The notes under the pieces were generated by a model, which was not told the origin of the DNA, ran no database searches, and worked only from the letters and a program-made list of their open reading frames with translations. A program made the position numbers and the translations under genes. Positions 25,857 through 39,187 of a stretch of 64,000 nt of DNA are shown one piece after another (positions within the stretch are counted from its first letter, which is position 1; each line of letters begins with the position of its first letter). This DNA is from Auanema rhodensis (Eukaryota; Animalia; Nematoda), in the NCBI GenBank assembly GCA_964057225.1, contig OZ059896.1, positions 22,692,001-22,756,000 of the forward strand. The letters are read 5' to 3'.

Positions 25857-28629
25857 CTTTGAAATTTACGTGAACTTTAATTTATGCTAATTAAATGTAC
25901 ACGTGATGTGCACTTGGTATGTAACTCGCTTCACGTGAAAGATAAAGAGATGCGGTTTTCAAAATTAGATTCCCCATGTCCATATTAGTCTAAAAACAAA
26001 TTTTTATTAATATTGGTTCATGGTAACCATGTCTTTGAAATTTACGTGAACTTTAATTTATGCTAATTAAATGTACACGTGATGTGCACTTGGTATGTAA
26101 CTCGCTTCACGTGAAAGATAAAGAGATGCGGTTTTCAAAATTAGATTCCCCATGTTCATATTAGTCTAAAAACAAATTTTTATTAATATTGGTTCATGGT
26201 AACCATGTCTTTGAAATTTACGTGAACTTTAATTTATGCTAATTAAATGTACACGTGATGTGCACTTGGTATGTAACTCGCTTCACGTGAAAGATAAAGA
26301 AATGCGGTTTTCAAAATTAGATTCTCCATGTTCATATTAGTCTAAAAACAAATTTTTATTAATATTGGTTCATGGTAACCATGTCTTTGAAATTTACGTG
26401 AACTTTAATTTATGCTAATTAAATGTACACGTGATGTGCACTTGGTATGTAACTCGCTTCACGTGAAAGATAAAAAGATGCGGTTTTCAAAATTAGATTC
26501 CCCATGTCCATATTAGTCTAAAAACAAATTTTTATTGATATTGGTTCATGGTAACCATGTTTTTGAAATTTACGTGAACTTTAATTTATGCTAATTAAAT
26601 GTACACGTGATGTGCACTTGGTATGTAACTCGCTTCACGTGAAAGATAAAGAGATGCGGTTTTCAAAATTAGATTCCCCATGTTCATATTAGTCTAAAAA
26701 CAAATTTTTATTGATATTGGTTCATGGTAACCATGACTTTGAAATTTACGTGAACTTTAATTTATGCTAATTAAATGTACACGTGATGTGCACTTGGTAT
26801 GTAACTCGCTTCACGTGAAAGATAAAGAAATGCGGTTTTCAAAATTAGATTCCCCATGTCCATTTTAGTCCAAAAACAAATTTTTATTGATATTGGTTCA
26901 TGGTAACCATGACTTTGAAATTTACGTGAACTTTAATTTATGCTAATTAAATGTACACGTGATGTGCACTTGGTATGTAACTCGCTTCACGTGAAAGATA
27001 AAGAGATGCGGTTTTCGAAATTAGATTCCCCATGTCCATATTAGTCTAAAAACAAATTGTTATTGATATTGGTTCATGGTAACCATGTCTTTGAAATTTT
27101 CGTGAACTTTAATTTATGCTAATTAAATGTACACGTGATGTGCACTTGGTATGTAACTCGCTTCACGTGAAAGATAAAGAGATGCGGTTTTCAAAATTAG
27201 ATTCCCCATGTCCATATTAGTCTAAAAACAAATTTTTATTAATATTGGTTCATGGTAACCATGACTTTGAAATTTACGTGAACTTTAATTTATGCTAATT
27301 AAATGTACACGTGATGTGCACTTGGTATGTAACTCGCTTCACGTGAAAGATAAAGAGATGCGGTTTTCGAAATTAGATTCCCCATGTCCATATTAGTCTA
27401 AAAACCAATTGTTATTGATATTGGTTCATGGTAACCATGTCTTTGAAATTTTCGTGAACTTTAATTTATGCTAATTAAATGTACACGTGATGTGCACTTG
27501 GTATGTAACTCGCTTCACGTGAAAGATAAAGAGATGCGGTTTTCAAAATTAGATTCCCCATGTCCATATTAGTCTAAAAACAAATTTTTATTGATATTGG
27601 TTCATGGTAACCATGACTTTGAAATTTACGTGAACTTTAATTTATGCTAATTAAATGTACACTTGATGTGCACTTGGTATGTAACTCGCTTCACGTGAAA
27701 GATAAAGAGATGCGGTTTTCAAAATTAGATTCCCCATGTCCATATTAGTCTAAAAAGAAATTTTTATTGATATTGGTTCATGGTAACCATGACTTTGAAA
27801 TTTACGTGAATTTTAATTTATGCTAATTAAATGTACACGTGATGTGCACTTGGTATGTAACTCGCTTCACGTGAAAGATAAAGAGATGCGGTTTTCGAAA
27901 TTAGATTCCCCATGTCCATATTAGTCTAAAAACAAATTGTTATTGATATTGGTTCATGGTAACCATGTCTTTGAAATTTTCGTGAACTTTAATTTATGCT
28001 AATTAAATGTACACGTGATGTGCACTTGGTATGTAACTCGCTTCACGTGAAAGATAAAGAGATGCGGTTTTCAAAATTAGATTCCCCATGTCCATATTAG
28101 TCTAAAAACAAATTTTTATTGATATTGGTTCATGGTAACCATGACTTTGAAATTTACGTGAACTTTAATTTATGCTAATTAAATGTACACTTGATGTGCA
28201 CTTGGTATGTAACTCGCTTCACGTGAAAGATAAAGAGATGCGGTTTTCAAAATTAGATTCTCCATGTCCATATTAGTCTAAAAACAAATTTTTATTGATA
28301 TTGGTTCATGGTAACCATGACTTTGAAATTTACGTGAACTTTAATTTATGCTAATTAAATGTACACGTGATGTGCACTTGGTATGTAACTCGCTTCACGT
28401 GAAAGATAAAGAGATGCGGTTTTCAAAATTAGATTCCCCATGTCCATATTAGTCTAAAAACAAATTTTTATTGATATTGGTTCATGGTAACCATGACTTT
28501 GAAATTTACGTGAACTTTAATTTATGCTAATTAAATGTACACGTGATGTGCACTTGGTATGTAACTCGCTTCACGTGAAAGATAAAGAGATGCGGTTTTC
28601 AAAATTAGATTCCCCATGTCCATATTAGT

Positions 28630-31600
28630 ATAAAAACAAATTTTTATTAATATTGGTTCATGGTAACCATGTCTTTGAAATTTACGTGAACTTTAATTTA
28701 TGCTAATTAAATGTACACGTGATGTGCACTTGGTATGTAACTCGCTTCACGTGAAAGATAAAGAGATGCGGTTTTCAAAATTAGATTCCCCATGTCCATA
28801 TTAGTCTAAAAACAAATTTTTATTAATATTGGTTCATGGTAACCATGTCTTTGAAATTTACGTGAACTTTAATTTATGCTAATTAAATGTACACGTGATG
28901 TGCACTTGGTATGTAACTCGCTTCACGTGAAAGATAAAGAGATGCGGTTTTCAAAATTAGATTCCCCATGTCCATATTGTTCTAAAAACAAATTTTTATT
29001 GATATTGGTTCATGGTAACCATGACTTTGAAATTTACGTGAACTTTAATTTATGCTAATCAAATGTACACGTGATGTGCACTTGGTATGTAACTCGCTTC
29101 ACGTGAAAGATAAAGAGATGCGGTTTTCAAAATTAGATTCCCCATGTCCATATTAGTCTAAAAACAAATTTTTATTGATATTGGTTCATGGTAACCATGA
29201 TTTTGAAATTTACGTGAACTTTAATTTATGCTAATTAAATGTACACGTGATGTGCACTTGGTATGTAACTCGCTTCACGTGAAAGATAAAGAGATGCGGT
29301 TTTCAAAATTAGATTCCCCATGTCCATATTAGTCTAAAAACAAATTTTTATTAATATTGGTTCATGGTAACCATGTCTTTGAAATTTACGTGAACTTTAA
29401 TTTATGCTAATTAAATGTACACGTGATGTGCACTTGGTATGTAACTCGCTTCACGTGAAAGATAAAGAGATGCGGTTTTCAAAATTAGATTCCCCATGTC
29501 CATATTAGTCTAAAAACAAATTTTTATTGATATTGGTTCATGGTAACCATGACTTTGAAATTTACGTGAACTTTAATTTATGCTAATCAAATGTACACGT
29601 GATGTGCACTTGGTATGTAACTCGCTTCACGTGAAAGATAAAGAGATGCGGTTTTCAAAATTAGATTCCCCATGTCCATATTAGTCTAAAAACAAATTTT
29701 TATTGATATTGGTTCATGGTAACCATGATTTTGAAATTTACGTGAACTTTAATTTATGCTAATTAAATGTACACGTGATGTGCACTTGGTATGTAACTCG
29801 CTTCACGTGAAAGATAAAGAAATGCGGTTTTCAAAATTAGATTCCCCATGTCCATTTTAGTCTAAAAACAAGTTTTTATTGATATTGGTTCATGGTAACC
29901 ATGACTTTGAAACTTACGTGAACTTTAATTTATGCTAATTAAATGTACACGTGATGTGCACTTGGTATGTAACTCGCTTCACGTGAAAGATAAAGAGTTG
30001 CGGTTTTCAAAATTAGATTCCCCATGTCCATATTAGTCTAAAAACAAATTTTTATTAATATTGGTTCATGGTAACCATGTCTTTGAAATTTACGTGAACT
30101 TTAATTTATGCTAATTAAATGTACACGTGATGTGCACTTGGTATGTAACTCGCTTCACGTGAAAGATAAAGAGATGCGGTTTTCAAAATTAGATTCCCCA
30201 TGTCCATATTAGTCTAAAAAGAAATTTTTATTGATATTGGTTCATGGTAACCATGACTTTGAAATTTACGTGAACTTTAATTTATGCTAATTAAATGTAC
30301 ACGTGATGTGCACTTGGTATGTAACTCGCTTCACGTGAAAGATAAAGAGATGCGGTTTTCGAAATTAGATTCCCCATGTCCATATTAGTCTAAAAACAAA
30401 TTTTTATTAATATTGGTTCATGGTAACCATGTCTTTGAAATTTACGTGAACTTTAATTTATGCTAATTAAATGTACACGTGATGTGCACTTGGTATGTAA
30501 CTCGCTTCACGTGAAAGATAAAGAGATGCGGTTTTCAAAATTAGATTTCCCATGTCCATATTAGTCTAAAAACAAATTTTTATTGATATTGGTTCATGGA
30601 AACCATTACTTTGAAATTTACGTGAACTTTAATTTATGCTAATTAAATGTACACGTGATGTGCACTTGGTATGTAACTCGCTTCACGTGAAAGATAAAGA
30701 GATGCGGTTTTCAAAATTAGATTCCCCATGTCCATATTAGTATAAAAACAAATTTTTATTAATATTGGTTCATGGTAACCATGTCTTTGAAATTTACGTG
30801 AACTTTAATTTATGCTAATTAAATGTACACGTGATGTGCACTTGGTATGTAACTCGCTTCACGTGAAAGATAAAGAGATGCGGTTTTCAAAATTAGATTC
30901 CCCATGTCCATATTAGTCTAAAAACAAATTTTATTGATATTGGTTCATGGTAACCATGACTTTGAAATTTACGTGAACTTTAATTTATGCTAATTAAATG
31001 TACACGTGATGTGCACTTGGTATGTAACTCGCTTCACGTGAAAGATAAAGAGATGCGGTTTTCAAAATTAGATTCCCCATGTCCATATTAGTCTAAAAAC
31101 AAATTTTTATTGATATTGGTTCATGGTAACCATGACTTTGAAATTTACGTGAACTTTAATTTATGCTAATTAAATGTACACGTGATGTGCACTTGGTATG
31201 TAACTCGCTTCACGTGAAAGATAAAGAGATGCGGTTTTCAAAATTAGATTCCCCATGTCCATATTAGTATAAAAACAAATTTTTATTAATATTGGTTCAT
31301 GGTAACCATGTCTTTGAAATTTACGTGAACTTTAATTTATGCTAATTAAATGTACACGTGATGTGCACTTGGTATGTAACTCGCTTCACGTGAAAGATAA
31401 AGAGATGCGGTTTTCAAAATTAGATTCCCCATGTCCATATTAGTCTAAAAACAAATTTTTATTAATATTGGTTCATGGTAACCATGTCTTTGAAATTTAC
31501 GTGAACTTTAATTTATGCTAATTAAATGTACACGTGATGTGCACTTGGTATGTAACTCGCTTCACGTGAAAGATAAAGAGATGCGGTTTTCAAAATTAGA

Positions 31601-33572
31601 TTCCCCATGTCCATATTAGTCTAAAAACAAATTTTTATTGATATTGGTTCATGGTAACCATGACTTTGAAATTTACGTGAACTTTAATTTATGCTAATCA
31701 AATGTACACGTGATGTGCACTTGGTATGTAACTCGCTTCACGTGAAAGATAAAGAGATGCGGTTTTCAAAATTAGATTCCCCATGTCCATATTAGTCTAA
31801 AAACAAATTTTTATTGATATTGGTTCATGGTAACCATGATTTTGAAATTTACGTGAACTTTAATTTATGCTAATTAAATGTACACGTGATGTGCACTTGG
31901 TATGTAACTCGCTTCACGTGAAAGATAAAGAGATGCGGTTTTCAAAATTAGATTCCCCATGTCCATATTAGTCTAAAAACAAATTTTTATTAATATTGGT
32001 TCATGGTAACCATGTCTTTGAAATTTACGTGAACTTTAATTTATGCTAATTAAATGTACACGTGATGTGCACTTGGTATGTAACTCGCTTCACGTGAAAG
32101 ATAAAGAGATGCGGTTTTCAAAATTAGATTCCCCATGTCCATATTAGTCTAAAAACAAATTTTTATTGATATTGGTTCATGGTAACCATGACTTTGAAAT
32201 TTACGTGAACTTTAATTTATGCTAATCAAATGTACACGTGATGTGCACTTGGTATGCAACTCGCTTCACGTGAAAGATAAAGAGATGCGGTTTTCAAAAT
32301 TAGATTCCCCATGTCCATATTAGTCTAAAAACAAATTTTTATTGATATTGGTTCATGGTAACCATGATTTTGAAATTTACGTGAACTTTAATTTATGCTA
32401 ATTAAATGTACACGTGATGTGCACTTGGTATGTAACTCGCTTCACGTGAAAGATAAAGAAATGCGGTTTTCAAAATTAGATTCCCCATGTCCATTTTAGT
32501 CTAAAAACAAGTTTTTATTGATATTGGTTCATGGTAACCATGACTTTGAAACTTACGTGAACTTTAATTTATGCTAATTAAATGTACACGTGATGTGCAC
32601 TTGGTATGTAACTCGCTTCACGTGAAAGATAAAGAGTTGCGGTTTTCAAAATTAGATTCCCCATGTCCATATTAGTCTAAAAACAAATTTTTATTAATAT
32701 TGGTTCATGGTAACCATGTCTTTGAAATTTACGTGAACTTTAATTTATGCTAATTAAATGTACACGTGATGTGCACTTGGTATGTAACTCGCTTCACGTG
32801 AAAGATAAAGAGATGCGGTTTTCAAAATTAGATTCCCCATGTCCATATTAGTCTAAAAAGAAATTTTTATTGATATTGGTTCATGGTAACCATGACTTTG
32901 AAATTTACGTGAACTTTAATTTATGCTAATTAAATGTACACGTGATGTGCACTTGGTATGTAACTCGCTTCACGTGAAAGATAAAGAGATGCGGTTTTCG
33001 AAATTAGATTCCCCATGTCCATATTAGTCTAAAAACAAATTTTTATTAATATTGGTTCATGGTAACCATGTCTTTGAAATTTACGTGAACTTTAATTTAT
33101 GCTAATTAAATGTAAACGTGATGTGCACTTGGTATGTAACTCGCTTCACGTGAAAGATAAAGAGATGCGGTTTTCAAAATTAGATTCCCCATGTCCATAT
33201 TAGTCTAAAAACAAATTTTTATTGATATTGGTTCATGGTAACCATGACTTTGAAATTTACGTGAACTTTAATTTATGCTAATTAAATGTACACGTGATGT
33301 GCACTTGGTATGTAACTCGCTTCACGTGAAAGATAAAGAGATGCGGTTTTCAAAATTAGATTCCCCATGTCCATATTAGTATAAAAACAAATTTTTATTA
33401 ATATTGGTTCATGGTAACCATGTCTTTGAAATTTACGTGAACTTTAATTTATGCTAATTAAATGTACACGTGATGTGCACTTGGTATGTAACTCGCTTCA
33501 CGTGAAAGATAAAGAGATGCGGTTTTCAAAATTAGATTCCCCATGTCCATATTAGTCTAAAAACAAATTTTA
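28630..33572. repeat. Tandem duplication of a 15-monomer (2639-bp) block in array B (marker-supported extent)
   Basis: Paired markers lie 2639 bp apart: AGTATAA at 28630/31269 and 30742/33381, CAAGTTTT at 29872/32511, and a 1-bp T deletion at about 30933/33572. Confidence 0.92.
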
Positions 33573-36500
33573 TTGATATTGGTTCATGGTAACCATGACT
33601 TTGAAATTTACGTGAACTTTAATTTATGCTAATTAAATGTACACGTGATGTGCACTTGGTATGTAACTCGCTTCACGTGAAAGATAAAGAGATGCGGTTT
33701 TCAAAATTAGATTCCCCATGTCCATATTAGTCTAAAAACAAATTTTTATTGATATTGGTTCATGGTAACCATGACTTTGAAATTTACGTGAACTTTAATT
33801 TATGCTAATTAAATGTACACGTGATGTGCACTTGGTATGTAACTCGCTTCACGTGAAAGATAAAGAGATGCGGTTTTCAAAATTAGATTCCCCATGTCCA
33901 TATTAGTCTAAAAACAAATTTTTATTAATATTGGTTCATGGTAACCATGTCTTTGAAATTTACGTGAACTTTAATTTATGCTAATTAAATGTACACGTGA
34001 TGTGCACTTGGTATGTAACTCGCTTCACGTGAAAGTTAAAGAGATGCGGTTTTCAAAATTAGATTCCCCATGTCCATATTAGTCTAAAAACAAATTTTTA
34101 TTAATATTGGTTCATGGTAACCATGTCTTTGAAATTTACGTGAACTTTAATTTATGCTAATTAAATGTACACGTGATGTGCACTTGGTATGTAACTCGCT
34201 TCACGTGAAAGATAAAGAGATGCGGTTTTCAAAATTAGATTCCCCATGTCCATATTAGTCTAAAAACAAATTTTTATTAATATTGGTTCATGGTAACCAT
34301 GTCTTTGAAATTTACGTGAACTTTAATTTATGCTAATTAAATGTACACGTGATGTGCACTTGGTATGTAACTCGCTTCACGTGAAAGATAAAGAGATGCG
34401 GTTTTCAAAATTAGATTCCCCATGTCCATATTAGTCTAAAAACAAATTTTTATTGATATTGGTTCATGGTAACCATGACTTTGAAATTTACGTGAACTTT
34501 AATTTATGCTAATTAAATGTACACGTGATGTGCACTTGGTATGTAACTCGCTTCACGTGAAAGATAAAGAGATGCGGTTTTCAAAATTAGATTCCCCATG
34601 TCCATATTAGTCTAAAAACAAATTTTTATTAATATTGGTTCATGGTAACCATGTCTTTGAAATCTACGTGAACTTTAATTTATGCTAATTAAATGTACAC
34701 GTGATGTGCACTTGGTATGTAACTCGCTTCACGTGAAAGATAAAGAGATGCGGTTTTCAAAATTAGATTCCCCATGTCCATATTAGTCTAAAAACAAATT
34801 TTTATTGATATTGGTTCATGGTAACCATGACTTTGAAATTTACGTGAACTTTAATTTATGCTAATCAAATGTACACGTGATGTGCACTTGGTATGTAACT
34901 CGCTTCACGTGAAAGATAAAGAGATGCGGTTTTCAAAATTAGATTCCCCATGTCCATATTAGTCTAAAAACAAATTTTTATTGATATTGGTTCATGGTAA
35001 CCATGACTTTGAAATTTACGTGAACTTTAATTTATGCTAATTAAATGTACACGTGATGTGCACTTGGTATGTAACTCGCTTCACGTGAAAGATAAAGAGA
35101 TGCAGTTTTCAAAATTAGATTCCCCATGTCCATATTAGTCTAAAAACAAATTTTTATTGATATTGGTTCATGGTAACCATGACTTTGAAATTTACGTGAA
35201 CTTTAATTTATGCTAATTAAATGTACACGTGATGTGCACTTGGTATGTAACTCGCTTCACGTGAAAGATAAAGAGATGCGGTTTTCAAAATTAGATTCCC
35301 CATGTCCATATTAGTCTAAAAACAAATTTTTATTGATATTGGTTCATGGTAACCATGACTTTGAAATTTACGTGAACTTTAATTTATGCTAATTAAATGT
35401 ACACGTGATGTGCACTTGGTATGTAACTCGCTTCACGTGAAAGATAAAGAGATGCGGTTTTCAAAATTAGATTCCCCATGTCCATATTAGTCTAAAAACA
35501 AATTTTTATTAATATTGGTTCATGGTAACCATGTCTTTGAAATTTACGTGAACTTTAATTTATGCTAATTAAATGTACACGTGATGTGCACTTGGTATGT
35601 AACTCGCTTCACGTGAAAGATAAAGAGATGCGGTTTTCAAAATTAGATTCCCCATGTCCATATTAGTCTAAAAACAAATTTTTATTGATATTGGTTCATG
35701 GTAACCATGACTTTGAAATTTACGTGAACTTTAATTTATGCTAATCAAATGTACACGTGATGTGCACTTGGTATGTAACTCGCTTCACGTGAAAGATAAA
35801 GAGATGCGGTTTTCAAAATTAGATTCCCCATGTCCATATTAGTCTAAAAACAAATTTTTATTGATATTGGTTCATGGTAACCATGACTTTGAAATTTACG
35901 TGAACTTTAATTTATGCTAATTAAATGTACACGTGATGTGCACTTGGTATGTAACTCGCTTCACGTGAAAGATAAAGAGATGCGGTTTTCAAAATTAGAT
36001 TCCCCATGTCCATATTAGTCTAAAAACAAATTTTTATTGATATTGGTTCATGGTAACCATGACTTTGAAATTTACGTGAACTGTAATTTATGCTAATTAA
36101 ATGTACACGTGATGTGCACTTGGTATGTAACTCGCTTCACGTGAAAGATAAAGAGATGCGGTTTTCAAAATTAGATTCCCCATGTCCATATTAGTCTAAA
36201 AACAAATTTTTATTAATATTGGTTCATGGTAACCATGTCTTTGAAATTTACGTGAACTTTAATTTATGCTAATTGAATGTACACGTGATGTGCACTTGGT
36301 ATGTAACTCGCTTCACGTGAAAGATAAAGAGATGCGGTTTTCAAAATTAGATTCCCCATGTCCATATTAGTCTAAAAACAAATTTTTATTGATATTGGTT
36401 CATGGTAACCATGACTTTGAAATTTACGTGAACTTTAATTTATGCTAATTAAATGTACACGTGATGTGCACTTGGTATGTAACTCGCTTCACGTGAAAGA

Positions 36501-37064
36501 TAAAGAGATGCGGTTTTCAAAATTAGATTCCCCATGTCCATATTAGTCTAAAAACAAATTTTTATTGATATTGGTTCATGGTAACCATGACTTTGAAATT
36601 TACGTGAACTTTAATTTATGCTAATCAAATGTACACGTGATGTGCACTTGGTATGTAACTCGCTTCACGTGAAAGAGAAAGAGATGCGGTTTTCAAAATT
36701 AGATTCCCCATGTCCATATTAGTCTAAAAACAAATTTTTATTGATATTGGTTCATGGTAACCATGACTTTGAAATTTACGTGAACTTTAATTTATGCTAA
36801 TTAAATGTACACGTGATGTGCACTTGGTATGTAACTCGCTTCACGTGAAAGATAAAGAGATGCGGTTTTCAAAATTAGATTCCCCATGTCCATTTTAGTC
36901 TAAAAACAAATTTTTATTAATATTGGTTCATGGTAACCATGTCTTTGAAATTTACGTGAACTTTAATTTATGCTAATTAAATGTACACGTGATGTGCACT
37001 TGGTATGTAACTCGCTTCACGTGAAAGATAAAGAGATGCGGTTTTCAAAATTAGATTCCCCATG

Positions 37065-39187
37065 CCCATATTAGTCTAAAAACAAATTTTTATTGATATT
37101 GGTTCATGGTAACCATGACTTTGAAATTTACGTGAACTTTAATTTATGCTAATTAAATGTACACGTGATGTGCACTTGGTATGTAACTCGCTTCACGTGA
37201 AAGATAAAGAGATGCGGTTTTCAAAATTAGATTCCCCATGTCCATATTAGTCTAAAAACAAATTTTTATTGATATTGGTTCATGGTAACCATGACTTTGA
37301 AATTTACGTGAACTTTAATTTATGCTAATTAAATGTACACGTGATGTGCACTTGGTATGTAACTCGCTTCACGTGAAAGATAAAGAGATGCGGTTTTCAA
37401 AATTAGATTCCCCATGTCCATATTAGTATAAAAACAAATTTTTATTAATATTGGTTCATGGTAACCATGACTTTGAAATTTACGTGAACTTTAATTTATG
37501 CTAATTAAATGTACACGTGATGTGCACTTGGTATGTAACTCGCTTCACGTGAAAGATAAAGAGATGCGGTTTTCAAAATTAGATTCCCCATGTCCATATT
37601 AGTCTAAAAACAAATTTTTATTGATATTGGTTCATGGTAACCATGACTTTGAAATTTACGTGAACTTTAATTTATGCTAATTAAATGTACACGTGATGTG
37701 CACTTGGTATGTAACTCGCTTCACGTGAAAGATAAAGAGATGCGGTTTTCAAAATTAGATTCCCCATGTCCATATTAGTCTAAAAACAAATTTTTATTAA
37801 TATTGGTTCATGGTAACCATGTCTTTGAAATTTACGTGAACTTTAATTTATGCTAATTAAATGTACACGTGATGTGCACTTGGTATGTAACTCGCTTCAC
37901 GTGAAAGAGAAAGAGATGCGGTTTTCAAAATTAGATTCCCCATGTCCATATTAGTCTAAAAACAAATCTTTATTGATATTGGTTCATGGTAACCATGACT
38001 TTGAAATTTACGTGAACTTTAATTTATGCTAATTAAATGTACACGTGATGTGCACTTGGTATGTAACTCGCTTCACGTGAAAGATAAAGAGATGCGGTTT
38101 TCAAAATTAGATTCCCCATGTCCATATTAGTCTAAAAACAAATTTTTATTGATATTGGTTCATGGTAACCATGACTTTGAAATTTACGTGAACTTTAATT
38201 TATGCTAATTAAATGTACACGTGATGTGCACTTGGTATGTAACTCGCTTCACGTGAAAGATAAAGAGATGCGGTTTTCAAAATTAGATTCCCCATGTCCA
38301 TATTAGTCTAAAAACAAATTTTTATTAATATTGGTTCATGGTAACCATGTCTTTGAAATTTACGTGAACTTTAATTTATGCTAATTAAATGTACACGTGA
38401 TGTGCACTTGGTATGTAACTCGCTTCACGTGAAAGATAAAGAGATGCGGTTTTCAAATTAGATTCCCCATGTCCATATTAGTCTAAAAACAAATTTTTAT
38501 TGATATTGGTTCATGGTAACCATGACTTTGAAATTTACGTGAACTTTAATTTATGCTAATTAAATGTACACGTGATGTGCACTTGGTATGTAACTCGCTT
38601 CACGTGAAAGATAAAGAGATGCGGTTTTCAAAATTAGATTCCCCATGTCCATATTAGTCTAAAAACAAATTTTTATTAATATTGGTTCATGGTAACCATG
38701 TCTTTGAAATTTACGTGAACTTTAATTTATGCTAATTAAATGTACACGTGATGTGCACTTGGTATGTAACTCGCTTCACGTGAAAGATAAAGAGATGCGG
38801 TTTTCAAAATTAGATTCCCCATGCCCATATTAGTCTAAAAACAAATTTTTATTGATATTGGTTCATGGTAACCATGACTTTGAAATTTACGTGAACTTTA
38901 ATTTATGCTAATTAAATGTACACGTGATGTGCACTTGGTATGTAACTCGCTTCACGTGAAAGATAAAGAGATGCGGTTTTCAAAATTAGATTCCCCATGT
39001 CCATATTAGTCTAAAAACAAATTTTTATTGATATTGGTTCATGGTAACCATGACTTTGAAATTTACGTGAACTTTAATTTATGCTAATTAAATGTACACG
39101 TGATGTGCACTTGGTATGTAACTCGCTTCACGTGAAAGATAAAGAGATGCGGTTTTCAAAATTAGATTCCCCATGTCCATATTAGTA
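37065..39187. repeat. 10-monomer-spaced duplication in array B
   Basis: CATGCCC at 37065/38824 and AGTATAA at 37428/39187 are both 1759 bp apart (10x176 minus a 1-bp deletion near 38455). Confidence 0.85.

Noticed and set aside
28876-29058. 60-aa plus-strand ORF with a CPYC motif
   Set aside because: It exists in a single monomer because of a private AG>GT change; the other units have a stop there. The CxxC motif is coincidental.
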